NCBI GenBank assembly: GCA_031262105.1
Contig: JAISIH010000083.1
Location: forward strand, 3,219 to 67,218
Source: Ruminococcus sp.
GTDB lineage: Bacteria > Bacillota > Clostridia > Oscillospirales > Ruminococcaceae
Direction of reading: 5' to 3'
Length of the DNA stretch: 64,000 bases
Both the position numbers and the translations under genes were made by a program. Shown piece after piece: positions 24,460 through 32,997 of this stretch (the stretch's first letter is position 1; every line of letters begins with the position of its first letter). Below the pieces are notes generated by a model that saw only the letters and a list, made by a program, of their open reading frames with translations, did no database searches and had not been told where the DNA came from.

Positions 24460-27400
24460 TTACTTTGTCTTAGTTGTGGATATCATCATTGTGCCGGCTT
24501 TTTCCGACTCGAAGATGATGTTGCCGTTCTTGTAAAGACCTGCGGAACGGGTTATGCTTCCGTCTGCGCCTTTAACCATGATGTAGATTATCTTGCCGCC
24601 GTTAAAGTCTTCGCAATCCTCGAAGATTGCTTCATCGAGACCGAGAGCTTCGGCACTCATGATATATCTTACATCGGTTCCGAAATCCTTCTTTTGCTTT
24701 GTCTCGAAGGATGCAACGACGGTTGCGGGAGTGCCTGCTGTTGCCGCTTCGATAACTGCGGGGTCGGCGTCAACAACGCCTGTGTAGGTTGCGCCCATTT
24801 CGGAATTTAGGGGGATAACCATTCTGAGTACCAAATTGCCGTCGGCGTCTTCAAAATTCTGAGCAACAGTCACGGTCATTCCCTCGGGAACTGCCGCCAC
24901 GAGCTTATCGATTGCGGTTGCTGAAAGCCCTGCAACCTCCTCGTCAACGTTTACTGTAACCTTTGTTTCGCCCTTCTCCGCCGCGATTTCAGCCGCCGCT
25001 TCTACAGCCGCCGCCGTCGCCGCGGAATTGAGAGAGCCGGACTGGTTAACCGCCGCGTCTACTGTGCCGTTATTGTTTAAGGTTGCGGATGCGTTGCCGG
25101 ATTCAAAAGTTTCAGCTACGCCGCCGTTGTCGTTTGAACTGCCGGTTGAGCCGCTGCCGCTACTTGAACTGCCGGTTGAGCCTGTGCCGGTTGACGGTGC
25201 TGCGGGAACTACAGGAACAGGTGAGGGTGCGGGTGAGCCGCCCGAAGATGAGCCGCTTCCGCTTGAACTGCCGCCGCCCGAAGATGAGCCGCCGCCGGAA
25301 GTTGAAGTTGTAACAACGATGCTTATGCTTTGTGATGAAGCTTTATATAGATCGCTTCCTGCGAAGGAGAATTCAATTGTCTGATAGCCGGTTGCCGCTG
25401 TTCCGATTGTTGCTATGCCGTATTGATTTTGAACTGTGCCGTTTACGGTTGTGGTTATTGCGCCGGAAACTATATTGCCGTTTTCGTCATAGACTGTTGC
25501 GATGATCTCGTAGTTGCCGGTATTTACCAAGAGTGTGTTGCCGGAAGGCAAGCCGGTAACTGTGATTGTTGTTTTAAGCGGGGTAACTTCGGGGACTTCC
25601 GCTTCGGTAACTGTAACGGTTGCTGTGCCGGATTTGGTTGTGTCAACCGTTGATGTTGCCGTAACTGTGAGGGTTGAAGCTGTTTCGTCAGCGGCTACGA
25701 TAAGCACGCCGGCAGAAGTTATCGAACTCTTTGTGCCGGAAACCGCCCATGTCACAGTCTGCGCGGGGCTGTTCGTGCCGGTAACTGCCGCTGTAAACGT
25801 CTGTGTGCCGCCCTTTTCTACAATTGCCGCCGCCGGGGTTACTGCTACGGAGGTTACTGTTGCGGCGGGGTCGGGATCGGGAACTACGGGGGCAGCCACT
25901 ACTTTATAAACGGTTACGGTTAGGTATGTCGGATCAAATGCAAACGTGTCTTTTGCAAGATCAACCCTTACGGTCGCGCCGTTTGCTACTGTAATATTGC
26001 TGATTGCGAGGGTGTATGTTCCGCCGCCTTCATCTGTTAATGCGCCTTTTGTTGCGCCTGTGAGTGTTACATCTGCTTCTGCCAAGTTAATGTCGCTTGA
26101 AAGTTCAATAGTAAGTTCGGTAGTGGTTGTTGAGCCGCTTACGCCGTTTGCGGTTAAGCTTTCAAAGTCAACCGGTGTGCGGGTGTCTTTATAGACTGCA
26201 ACATCCACGGGTTCATTACTTACATCGAAAACTCCGAAATCGGTTAACGTTAATGTTACATTGCCTTCGGCGGTTACGTTTGTAATTCCGATTGTGTATA
26301 CCGTGCTTGACGTTGCGGTAAGAGTGCCTTCTGTAGCTCCTGTGCCTATAGCTATGTCATTAGCTGTAAGCCCTGTAACTGCTTCACCGAATGTAATCCG
26401 AATGCCTGTACTGTCAGCTGTTCCGGTTGCGCCGCCTACTTGTACGGCTTCAAAAGTTACCGGTGTAGCGTCAGCCTGTACAGTTACTTGTATTTTATAG
26501 ATGAGTACCGATTCGTCTTCTGCGGTGACTTGTATCCAAACGTATTGTCCGTTCTCAATCGCTTGTGACGTCCAACTGCCATAAGATCCCGGGTCTGTGT
26601 TGCCCGTGGTATAAGCATATTTTACGTCAGCAAATTGACTTGTTTTTACTGCTAAAAATTCAGTCACAGTAGCATTTGCACTAAGTATTGAGACCGTTCC
26701 TGTTTCTGCCGCATCATATGTCTCAGCAGGGTCTCCGAGGGCAATTGCGGTGCCCGCGAGGGTTGCGGAAGTAATTGTCGCATCATCGTCGGCTTCTACC
26801 GTTACGGTTGCGGCAGTCGAGGTTTTATCTTCCGCGCCGTCTGAACTTACTACAACATAGTAGTAATGAGGTCCTACGGCGAGGTCTGTCGGGAGTGCGT
26901 AAGTAGCGGAGTTTGTGTCGTTAATAGTTGCACCGTCACCTGTATTTGTATCACTGTCGCTATACCATTGATAATTAGGAGTTGCGCCATTTGAAACTGT
27001 TGCAGTAACTGTGAGGTTTGCGGTTTCGCCATGTGTAACGGTTATTGTACTTGCCGGTTGACCGCTTATTGTGATTTCGGGTGCGGCACCAATCACCAGA
27101 GAAAATGTTCCTGTCGCCTCTGTTCCGTTAAGAGTCATAGTATGTGTAGTTGATCCTGCTGCTGCTGTAGCTCCGACAGTAAGCGTGAGTGTGCCGTCGC
27201 CTTGTCCGTCTATTGTTACAGCTGCCGCCGATACCTCGGACGGTAACGCGGGATCAAAGGTCGGGGTGTATTCTGATGCGGATATATTCGTTGTGTCCAC
27301 AGCGTAAGTTAGTTCGCCGCCTATACCTGCGGTTGCTGTGCCGGTTTGTGTTGCGGCGATGGAGACTGTGGGTACCGCATTAACCGTCACGGTTACGGCA

Positions 27401-28086
27401 CTTGAGGTCGCTGTTGCGCCTGATGTGCCTGAATCGCTTACTACAACATAGTAGTAATGATTACCTACGGCGAGGTCGTTGGGGAGTGAGTAAGTGGCAG
27501 TCGTTGCGCCGTCAATGGGTGTGCCGCCGGTTGCATCTGTATCTTCGTCGCTATACCATACATAACTAAGTTCTAAGTCATCCGGTGTAGGATCAACGGT
27601 AACTGTGAGGTCTGCTGTTCCGCCCGCTGTAATGGTTGCTCCTGACGGACCGGTTAAGGAGATACTGGCTTCAGAAATAACTACATCAAATGTCGCCGTT
27701 ACTTCATTAATTGTAAGTGTAACATTTGTAGTTCCTGCGGCTGCTGTTGAGTTATCTACAGTAAGGGTAAGTTCGCCTGTAAATACGTCTGCATTATTTG
27801 CAATGGTTACTTTACTGTCGGTGTTTGCAATAGTTACGCCGTCCGGCAATGTTACAACCGTAACAACATATTCCGCGGCTTCCATATCCGTTGTGGTCAC
27901 GGTATAGGTTAGAGTTCCGCCTATCCCTGCATATACTGTTTCAGTTTGTGCGGAGACACTTGCACTGCCTGCCGCCGCGAGTTTAAGTCCAAAATCTATA
28001 CCCCCCGGCAAAGCGCCTGTGAAAAGGCTTAGGGCGAGGGAGAATGCGCAGAGAATTGCTAATAATCGTTTCCTTGAAAGTACCAT
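24460..28086 (-). CDS. Large secreted cell-surface protein, paralog 1 (1208 aa): Thr-rich Ig-like repeats, Gly/Ser linker, conserved C-terminal domain
   Basis: Signal peptide MVLSRKRLLAILCAFSLALSLF. Repeated beta-rich modules (..YQWYSD..ATYALPTDLAVGPHYYYVVV..). One Big_2-like module. A GGGSSSGGGSS linker. The roughly 220-aa C-terminal domain is shared with paralog 2. Confidence 0.85.
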   Translation of the reverse strand: MVLSRKRLLAILCAFSLALSLFTGALPGGIDFGLKLAAAGSASVSAQTETVYAGIGGTLTYTVTTTDMEAAEYVVTVVTLPDGVTIANTDSKVTIANNADVFTGELTLTVDNSTAAAGTTNVTLTINEVTATFDVVISEASISLTGPSGATITAGGTADLTVTVDPTPDDLELSYVWYSDEDTDATGGTPIDGATTATYSLPNDLAVGNHYYYVVVSDSGTSGATATSSAVTVTVNAVPTVSIAATQTGTATAGIGGELTYAVDTTNISASEYTPTFDPALPSEVSAAAVTIDGQGDGTLTLTVGATAAAGSTTHTMTLNGTEATGTFSLVIGAAPEITISGQPASTITVTHGETANLTVTATVSNGATPNYQWYSDSDTNTGDGATINDTNSATYALPTDLAVGPHYYYVVVSSDGAEDKTSTAATVTVEADDDATITSATLAGTAIALGDPAETYDAAETGTVSILSANATVTEFLAVKTSQFADVKYAYTTGNTDPGSYGSWTSQAIENGQYVWIQVTAEDESVLIYKIQVTVQADATPVTFEAVQVGGATGTADSTGIRITFGEAVTGLTANDIAIGTGATEGTLTATSSTVYTIGITNVTAEGNVTLTLTDFGVFDVSNEPVDVAVYKDTRTPVDFESLTANGVSGSTTTTELTIELSSDINLAEADVTLTGATKGALTDEGGGTYTLAISNITVANGATVRVDLAKDTFAFDPTYLTVTVYKVVAAPVVPDPDPAATVTSVAVTPAAAIVEKGGTQTFTAAVTGTNSPAQTVTWAVSGTKSSITSAGVLIVAADETASTLTVTATSTVDTTKSGTATVTVTEAEVPEVTPLKTTITVTGLPSGNTLLVNTGNYEIIATVYDENGNIVSGAITTTVNGTVQNQYGIATIGTAATGYQTIEFSFAGSDLYKASSQSISIVVTTSTSGGGSSSGGGSSSGSGSSSGGSPAPSPVPVVPAAPSTGTGSTGSSSSGSGSTGSSNDNGGVAETFESGNASATLNNNGTVDAAVNQSGSLNSAATAAAVEAAAEIAAEKGETKVTVNVDEEVAGLSATAIDKLVAAVPEGMTVTVAQNFEDADGNLVLRMVIPLNSEMGATYTGVVDADPAVIEAATAGTPATVVASFETKQKKDFGTDVRYIMSAEALGLDEAIFEDCEDFNGGKIIYIMVKGADGSITRSAGLYKNGNIIFESEKAGTMMISTTKTK

Positions 28087-28161
28087 TTTTAAGTCCTCCT
28101 ATTATGTACTATAATTTATTTACTTTACTTTTAAAGTAAATTTATAGAATTGTTTAGAGTA

Positions 28162-28191
28162 AGTTTAACATATTAAAGCTATATTTGTCAA
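28162..28191 (-). promoter_or_regulatory. Putative extended -10 promoter of surface-protein gene 1
   Basis: On the minus strand: TTGACA (28191..28186), an 18-nt spacer ending in TGT, then TAAACT (28167..28162). Confidence 0.45.
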
Positions 28192-28314
28192 TACTTGAAT
28201 GAATGTTTTGGTAAATTTCAACAAGTGTTTTTTTTTTTTTTGTGCATTTTGCACAAATTCGAGGTTTAAATATATCATTATTCGACAAAATTCGCGCTAT
28301 TTTTCGCTGTAATA

Positions 28315-28351
28315 AAAAAAGATACCACACTTTTCGCGCGGTATCTTTTTT
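28315..28351 (-). terminator. Intrinsic terminator of surface-protein gene 2 (paralogous to the one at 24404..24440)
   Basis: Stem aaaaaagataccac / gcggtatctttttt. The mismatch becomes a G.U pair in the minus-strand RNA. A T-run follows. Confidence 0.65.
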
Positions 28352-28365
28352 GCTTTATACTAATA

Positions 28366-31300
28366 TTACTTTGTCTTAGTTGTCGAAATCATCATTGTGC
28401 CGGCTTTTGTTGACTCGAAGATAATCTGTCCGTTTTTGTAAAGACCGGCAGAGCGGGTTATGCTTCCGTCTTTGCCCTTAACCAAAACGTAGATTATCTT
28501 GCCGCCATTAAAATCTTCGCAATCCGCAAAGAGGGAAGAATCGAGACCGAGAGCCTTGGCGTTCACGATATATCTTACGTCGGTTCCGAAATCCTTCTTC
28601 TGGTTCGTCTCAAAGGACGCAATTACATTCGCGGGGGTTCCTGCTGTCGCCGCTTCGATAACTTCGGGGTCGGCGCCCACAACGCCTGTGTATGTGTGCC
28701 CCATATCGGCTTTCAGGGGGATAACCATCCTTATAATCAGTTCGCCGTCGGTGTTTTCAAAATTCTGCGCGATTGTCGGGGTTATTCCTTCGGGAACTGC
28801 GTCCACAATCTTCTTAATTGCGCCTGCGGAAAGCCCCTTGACATCTTCGTCAACGTTAACTGTAACCTTCTCTTCGCCGTTTTCAGCCGCGACTTCCGCC
28901 GCCGCCTCTACAGCCGCAACCGTCGCCGCGCTGTTTAGCGAGCCGGAGGGGTTAACCGCCGCGTTAACTGTGCCGTCATTGTTTAAGGTCGCTTGGGCTT
29001 TGCCGGAGGAGAATGTTTCGGCTACGCCGCCGTTGTCGCCCCCACTGCCCGAGCCGGTCGAGCCGCTACCCGAGCCGCTACCGCTATTGCCGGTCGAGCC
29101 TGTGCCGCTACCTGTGCCGGTGTCGCCGGTTGCCGGAGGGGTTGTCGGAACGGGCGAGGGTGCGCCGCTTGAACTGCCGCCGCCCGAACTGCCGCCGCCC
29201 GAAGATGAGCCGCCGCTACCCGAGCCGCCGCCGCCCGAGCCGCTTCCGCCGCCGCCTGACGGGTCTGACGGGGTTGTAATCTCTTTGAATGTTGCCGTCG
29301 CTGTTATATTGCTTTGGGGTTTGAATGTTATCACTTTATCGGTTAGGGTTAACGCTGTCGGGAGGGTGTTTCCTGTTATAGTCCAGTTTGTAAACTCGTA
29401 GCCCTCTCTTGTTTCGGCTGTGATAGTTACAGTTTCGTCCGCTGTCGCCGTTATTACGTCGGAGGTTCCGCCGACAACCGTTATTGTATATATTACCGGG
29501 ACTAACTTATAATTTGCCGCGAGTGAAACGTTTGTTCTGCCCATTGTAAAAGTTGTCGAAGTCGCTGTCGGGTCGGCTAAGGTTACGCCGCCGGTTAAAA
29601 CTGTCCAGCCGTCGAAAACCATGCCTTCGGCGGGTTCGTTCGCGATAATCGTTACGGTTGTTCCTGCCGCCGCCGATGTCGGGGAAGCCGCGCCGTCGGT
29701 AATCGTTACGCTGTATGTCGTGGGGATAACTACAGGCGGAATTACAATAACGGGGGCGGGTTGCACGATAACGGTTACAACATTTGATATTTCATATGCA
29801 TATTCACCGCCCTCGTTAAATACTATGAGTGCAGTGAAATAATACGTACCCGCTGTGAGGTCTGTCGGGATTGCGAGGGTTGCGGCGGTTGCACCGACGA
29901 TCGTTTCGGAATTAACGCCGTCGGGAGACGTGTCCATTGCCCACATATACGTGAGTGTTCCTGCTGTTGAGAGCGTTGCTTCGACAGAGAGGCTTCCGGT
30001 TATACTGCCCTGCGTGACGGTTGTTGATGCTGCCGGTTGTGTTATAATTTCGATTACGGGGGTGTTGGGGTTTTTATAAACGACTGCGGTTTGGCTTGCC
30101 GGGCTGAATGTATAGCCTGCTTTCGCGAGGGTAACAGTTACCGTCTCGCCGTTTGCGACTGTAATGTTGTGGATTGGGACGGCGTATAAACCGTCGTTGT
30201 TATCGACATAACTTCCGCCTAAGTCTTTTGATGCGCCTGTTATTGTTATGTCGTCTGCCGTTAAATCAATATTTTTATCGAGTTGTATTCTGAGTGCGTC
30301 TGTATCCATCGTGCCGTCATAGCCGCTAATTTGCGAGAGAGACGTGAACTCAATCGCCGTGTCTTTATAAACCGCAACGGTCAAAGGCGAATTGTTTACA
30401 TCATAGTTTCCGAAATCGGCTACAGTAACCGTTACATTGCCCTCGCTGACGCCGGTTACGCCGAGTGTCCATGTTGTGTCTTCAAGCGTGCCTTTTGTTG
30501 CAGAGCCTGTGCCGTTTGTTATGGTTATTTTATCTGAGGTAAGCCCGGTTACAGCGGGGTCGAATGTAAGGACAATTGCGGTCGTGTCGGCAGTTCCGGG
30601 ATCGCCGCCGGATTGCGCGGCAGAAACTGTTGAGGAGCGAATATGCGAGAATGTCGGGGTAATTCTGATATAGCCGGAGGCGTTTGCATCAGCCGCTACA
30701 ATTGTATATGTTGTTGTGCCTGTTACGTTCCCTGAGTTGCTCCCTGTTATCGTTGCCGGAGGAGAAGCCACTCCCGAAAAGGACAGCGAGTCTGCCGCGC
30801 CGGCTACGTCTGCGAGGGTATAAGATAATGTTATTTGGTCGCCGGCTTTGCCGAATTTGTTTCCAACGTTACGATTGTCTCCGGTTTCATTGCCGACCGG
30901 TGTGCCAAAGTCAACATGATAAACTGTGATTCTGGCGCTTTTTGCGCTTGCGGCGGAATTCCCCGAATATGAAACTGTAAGTGTTACTTCCTCACCATAG
31001 GGCCAATATGCCTCTGATTGAAGGTCGGAGCTTGAACCTATTACGCTTCCGCCTTTGCTCCATGTGTATGTAGCGGAGCCGAGGGGGTTATTGAGACCGC
31101 TGATATTTGGGGTAAGTGTGCCGCCGTTGGGATCAACGTTGATTGAAAGTGTGCCGGTGAGGGTGGGGAGGGCGGCTGTCGCATTAAATTCAACTACAAT
31201 TCTAAGATGTTCGTCATCGGTCCTTGTTACGGTCGCTGTGCTAACCCCGGAAGTCGGCGCAAAGCCGGTTACTGTTGCCGGGAATTTATATGCGTTCAAT

Positions 31301-31842
31301 GCGCCAAGCTCTATTGTTGCGGTGTATACTGTGCCGTACTCGAAGCCGGTGAACTCGTCGGGGGTGGGACTCCATGATATTGTTCCGCCATATCCTGTTC
31401 CATCTACGGTATCATCCGAGCTTCCTCCGCCAACAGGTGAATCTATTGAAATCGGCGCGGCGGTTATCGTATCTCTGTTATCAGTTATATTAATTATAGC
31501 CGTCGGAGCTTCGCCATTACTCATGTTGAAAGTGAATGTATTATCTCCTGTAGGAAGCGTACGTAAATAGGGATAAAGAAACGTAACTACATTATTTTGA
31601 TTTGTGTAATTGCCGGACGCAACTGGTTGACCGCCGTATGTAATGCTTTCTAAAGTATTTTCATCCGGCGCGAGGGTTATGGCTACGCTATCACCGCTGC
31701 TTTTATTGAAGGTTGTTGAGGTGGGCGAAACCGTCGCCACCGCCGAAACTTTAAGTCCGAAATTTATATTAAAAAGGCATAGCGCGAGTATAAATGCGCT
31801 TAGAAATAGAATTACTTTGAATCGTTTTCTTGAAAGTAACAT
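28366..31842 (-). CDS. Large secreted cell-surface protein, paralog 2 (1158 aa)
   Basis: Signal peptide MLLSRKRFKVILFLSAFILALCLF. Shares internal modules, the Gly/Ser linker and a near-identical C-terminal domain (...RSAGLYKNG.IIFES.KAGTMMISTTKTK) with paralog 1. Confidence 0.85.
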   Translation of the reverse strand: MLLSRKRFKVILFLSAFILALCLFNINFGLKVSAVATVSPTSTTFNKSSGDSVAITLAPDENTLESITYGGQPVASGNYTNQNNVVTFLYPYLRTLPTGDNTFTFNMSNGEAPTAIINITDNRDTITAAPISIDSPVGGGSSDDTVDGTGYGGTISWSPTPDEFTGFEYGTVYTATIELGALNAYKFPATVTGFAPTSGVSTATVTRTDDEHLRIVVEFNATAALPTLTGTLSINVDPNGGTLTPNISGLNNPLGSATYTWSKGGSVIGSSSDLQSEAYWPYGEEVTLTVSYSGNSAASAKSARITVYHVDFGTPVGNETGDNRNVGNKFGKAGDQITLSYTLADVAGAADSLSFSGVASPPATITGSNSGNVTGTTTYTIVAADANASGYIRITPTFSHIRSSTVSAAQSGGDPGTADTTAIVLTFDPAVTGLTSDKITITNGTGSATKGTLEDTTWTLGVTGVSEGNVTVTVADFGNYDVNNSPLTVAVYKDTAIEFTSLSQISGYDGTMDTDALRIQLDKNIDLTADDITITGASKDLGGSYVDNNDGLYAVPIHNITVANGETVTVTLAKAGYTFSPASQTAVVYKNPNTPVIEIITQPAASTTVTQGSITGSLSVEATLSTAGTLTYMWAMDTSPDGVNSETIVGATAATLAIPTDLTAGTYYFTALIVFNEGGEYAYEISNVVTVIVQPAPVIVIPPVVIPTTYSVTITDGAASPTSAAAGTTVTIIANEPAEGMVFDGWTVLTGGVTLADPTATSTTFTMGRTNVSLAANYKLVPVIYTITVVGGTSDVITATADETVTITAETREGYEFTNWTITGNTLPTALTLTDKVITFKPQSNITATATFKEITTPSDPSGGGGSGSGGGGSGSGGSSSGGGSSGGGSSSGAPSPVPTTPPATGDTGTGSGTGSTGNSGSGSGSGSTGSGSGGDNGGVAETFSSGKAQATLNNDGTVNAAVNPSGSLNSAATVAAVEAAAEVAAENGEEKVTVNVDEDVKGLSAGAIKKIVDAVPEGITPTIAQNFENTDGELIIRMVIPLKADMGHTYTGVVGADPEVIEAATAGTPANVIASFETNQKKDFGTDVRYIVNAKALGLDSSLFADCEDFNGGKIIYVLVKGKDGSITRSAGLYKNGQIIFESTKAGTMMISTTKTK

Positions 31843-31894
31843 TGTTGGTCCTCCTGAAATTATGTTTGTATTTCTTTTGGTAATGGGTAGTATA

Positions 31895-31924
31895 ATTCTA
31901 ACACATTTGGGCTTTGTTTGTCAA
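31895..31924 (-). promoter_or_regulatory. Putative extended -10 promoter of surface-protein gene 2
   Basis: On the minus strand: TTGACA (31924..31919), an 18-nt spacer ending in TGT, then TAGAAT (31900..31895). Confidence 0.45.
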
Positions 31925-31998
31925 TGCAATGATAAATGTTTTGGTTATAGTCACAGGTTGAAGCCTATATATTGTACAGATTGCACAAATTCGAGATG

Positions 31999-32997
31999 TT
32001 AAAATATATCATTATTCGACAAAATTCGTGCTATTTCTAAGACGTCTTCGTAGCTGTTAATCCGCCCGCACTGCCGCCTTAGCTCTGCGGCGTGTTTTGT
32101 CCCGCGGACATAAAATGCGCATTTTGCCCTCGCCTCGCGGAGGGCATTGTTGCCTTTATAATCAAGCGCAAGCCGAACCTGCCGTAACATTATTTCTGCG
32201 CGGACATCATGCGGCGGCTCGGGGGAATATTCGCCGGTCTCGAGAAATTCGCGGATCATTGAAAAAATCCAAGGCTTGCCGTAACTCCCACGCCCGAGCA
32301 TAACAAGGTCACAATCCGTCTCGTCGTACATTCTTTTTGCGTCTTCGGGGGTTTTTATGTCGCCGTTCCCGATAACCGGGATTTTTACAGCCGCTTTAAC
32401 CGCCCGGATAATCGCAATATCGGCAGTGCCTCCGTAAAGCTGAGTTTTTAGGCGCGGGTGGACGGTTAACATCGCCGCACCTGCCGCTTCGAGGGCTTTC
32501 GCGAACTCGGGAGCGTTAACCTCGTCGAAGCCGGAGCGGATTTTTACGCTGACCGGCAAGGAAAGTTTTTCTGCCGCCTTAACCGCCGCGCTGACAATCT
32601 TTGCGGCGAGGGCTTTATCTTTCATAAGCGCAGAGCCGCAACCGTTGTTAACGACTTTCGGCACAGGGCAACCCATGTTTATGTCGATAATATCGGGCAA
32701 ACTGCAAATTTCGGGGAGCAGGGCAATTGCTTCGGCAATTACTTCCGGCTCGCTTGTGAAAAACTGGAGCGAATAGATACCCTCATCAACTTGGCACATT
32801 TCCGCCGTCTTTTTGTCGCCGTAAATTAAGCCTTTTGCCGATACCATTTCGGACACAGTTAAAACCGCGCCGAACTCCCGGGCAATCTGTCTGTAAGCCT
32901 TGTCGGCGACAGATGCCATGGGAGCAAGCGCGGCGTATTTTTTTATTTGCAGTTTTTCTAAGAGATTTTGCATTACTTTAGGTCTTGTCCGTGGCAC
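31999..32997 (-). CDS. dusB: tRNA-dihydrouridine synthase
   Basis: LAPMASVADKAYRQI, DINMGCP and the TIM-barrel Dus pattern; 332 aa. Confidence 0.9.
   Translation of the reverse strand: MPRTRPKVMQNLLEKLQIKKYAALAPMASVADKAYRQIAREFGAVLTVSEMVSAKGLIYGDKKTAEMCQVDEGIYSLQFFTSEPEVIAEAIALLPEICSLPDIIDINMGCPVPKVVNNGCGSALMKDKALAAKIVSAAVKAAEKLSLPVSVKIRSGFDEVNAPEFAKALEAAGAAMLTVHPRLKTQLYGGTADIAIIRAVKAAVKIPVIGNGDIKTPEDAKRMYDETDCDLVMLGRGSYGKPWIFSMIREFLETGEYSPEPPHDVRAEIMLRQVRLALDYKGNNALREARAKCAFYVRGTKHAAELRRQCGRINSYEDVLEIARILSNNDIF

Noticed and set aside
28499-29401. 300-aa Pro/Leu-rich plus-strand ORF (and the similar 25028..25384)
   Set aside because: It is antisense to the Gly/Ser linker and C-terminal domain of the surface-protein genes, so it is a compositional artefact.
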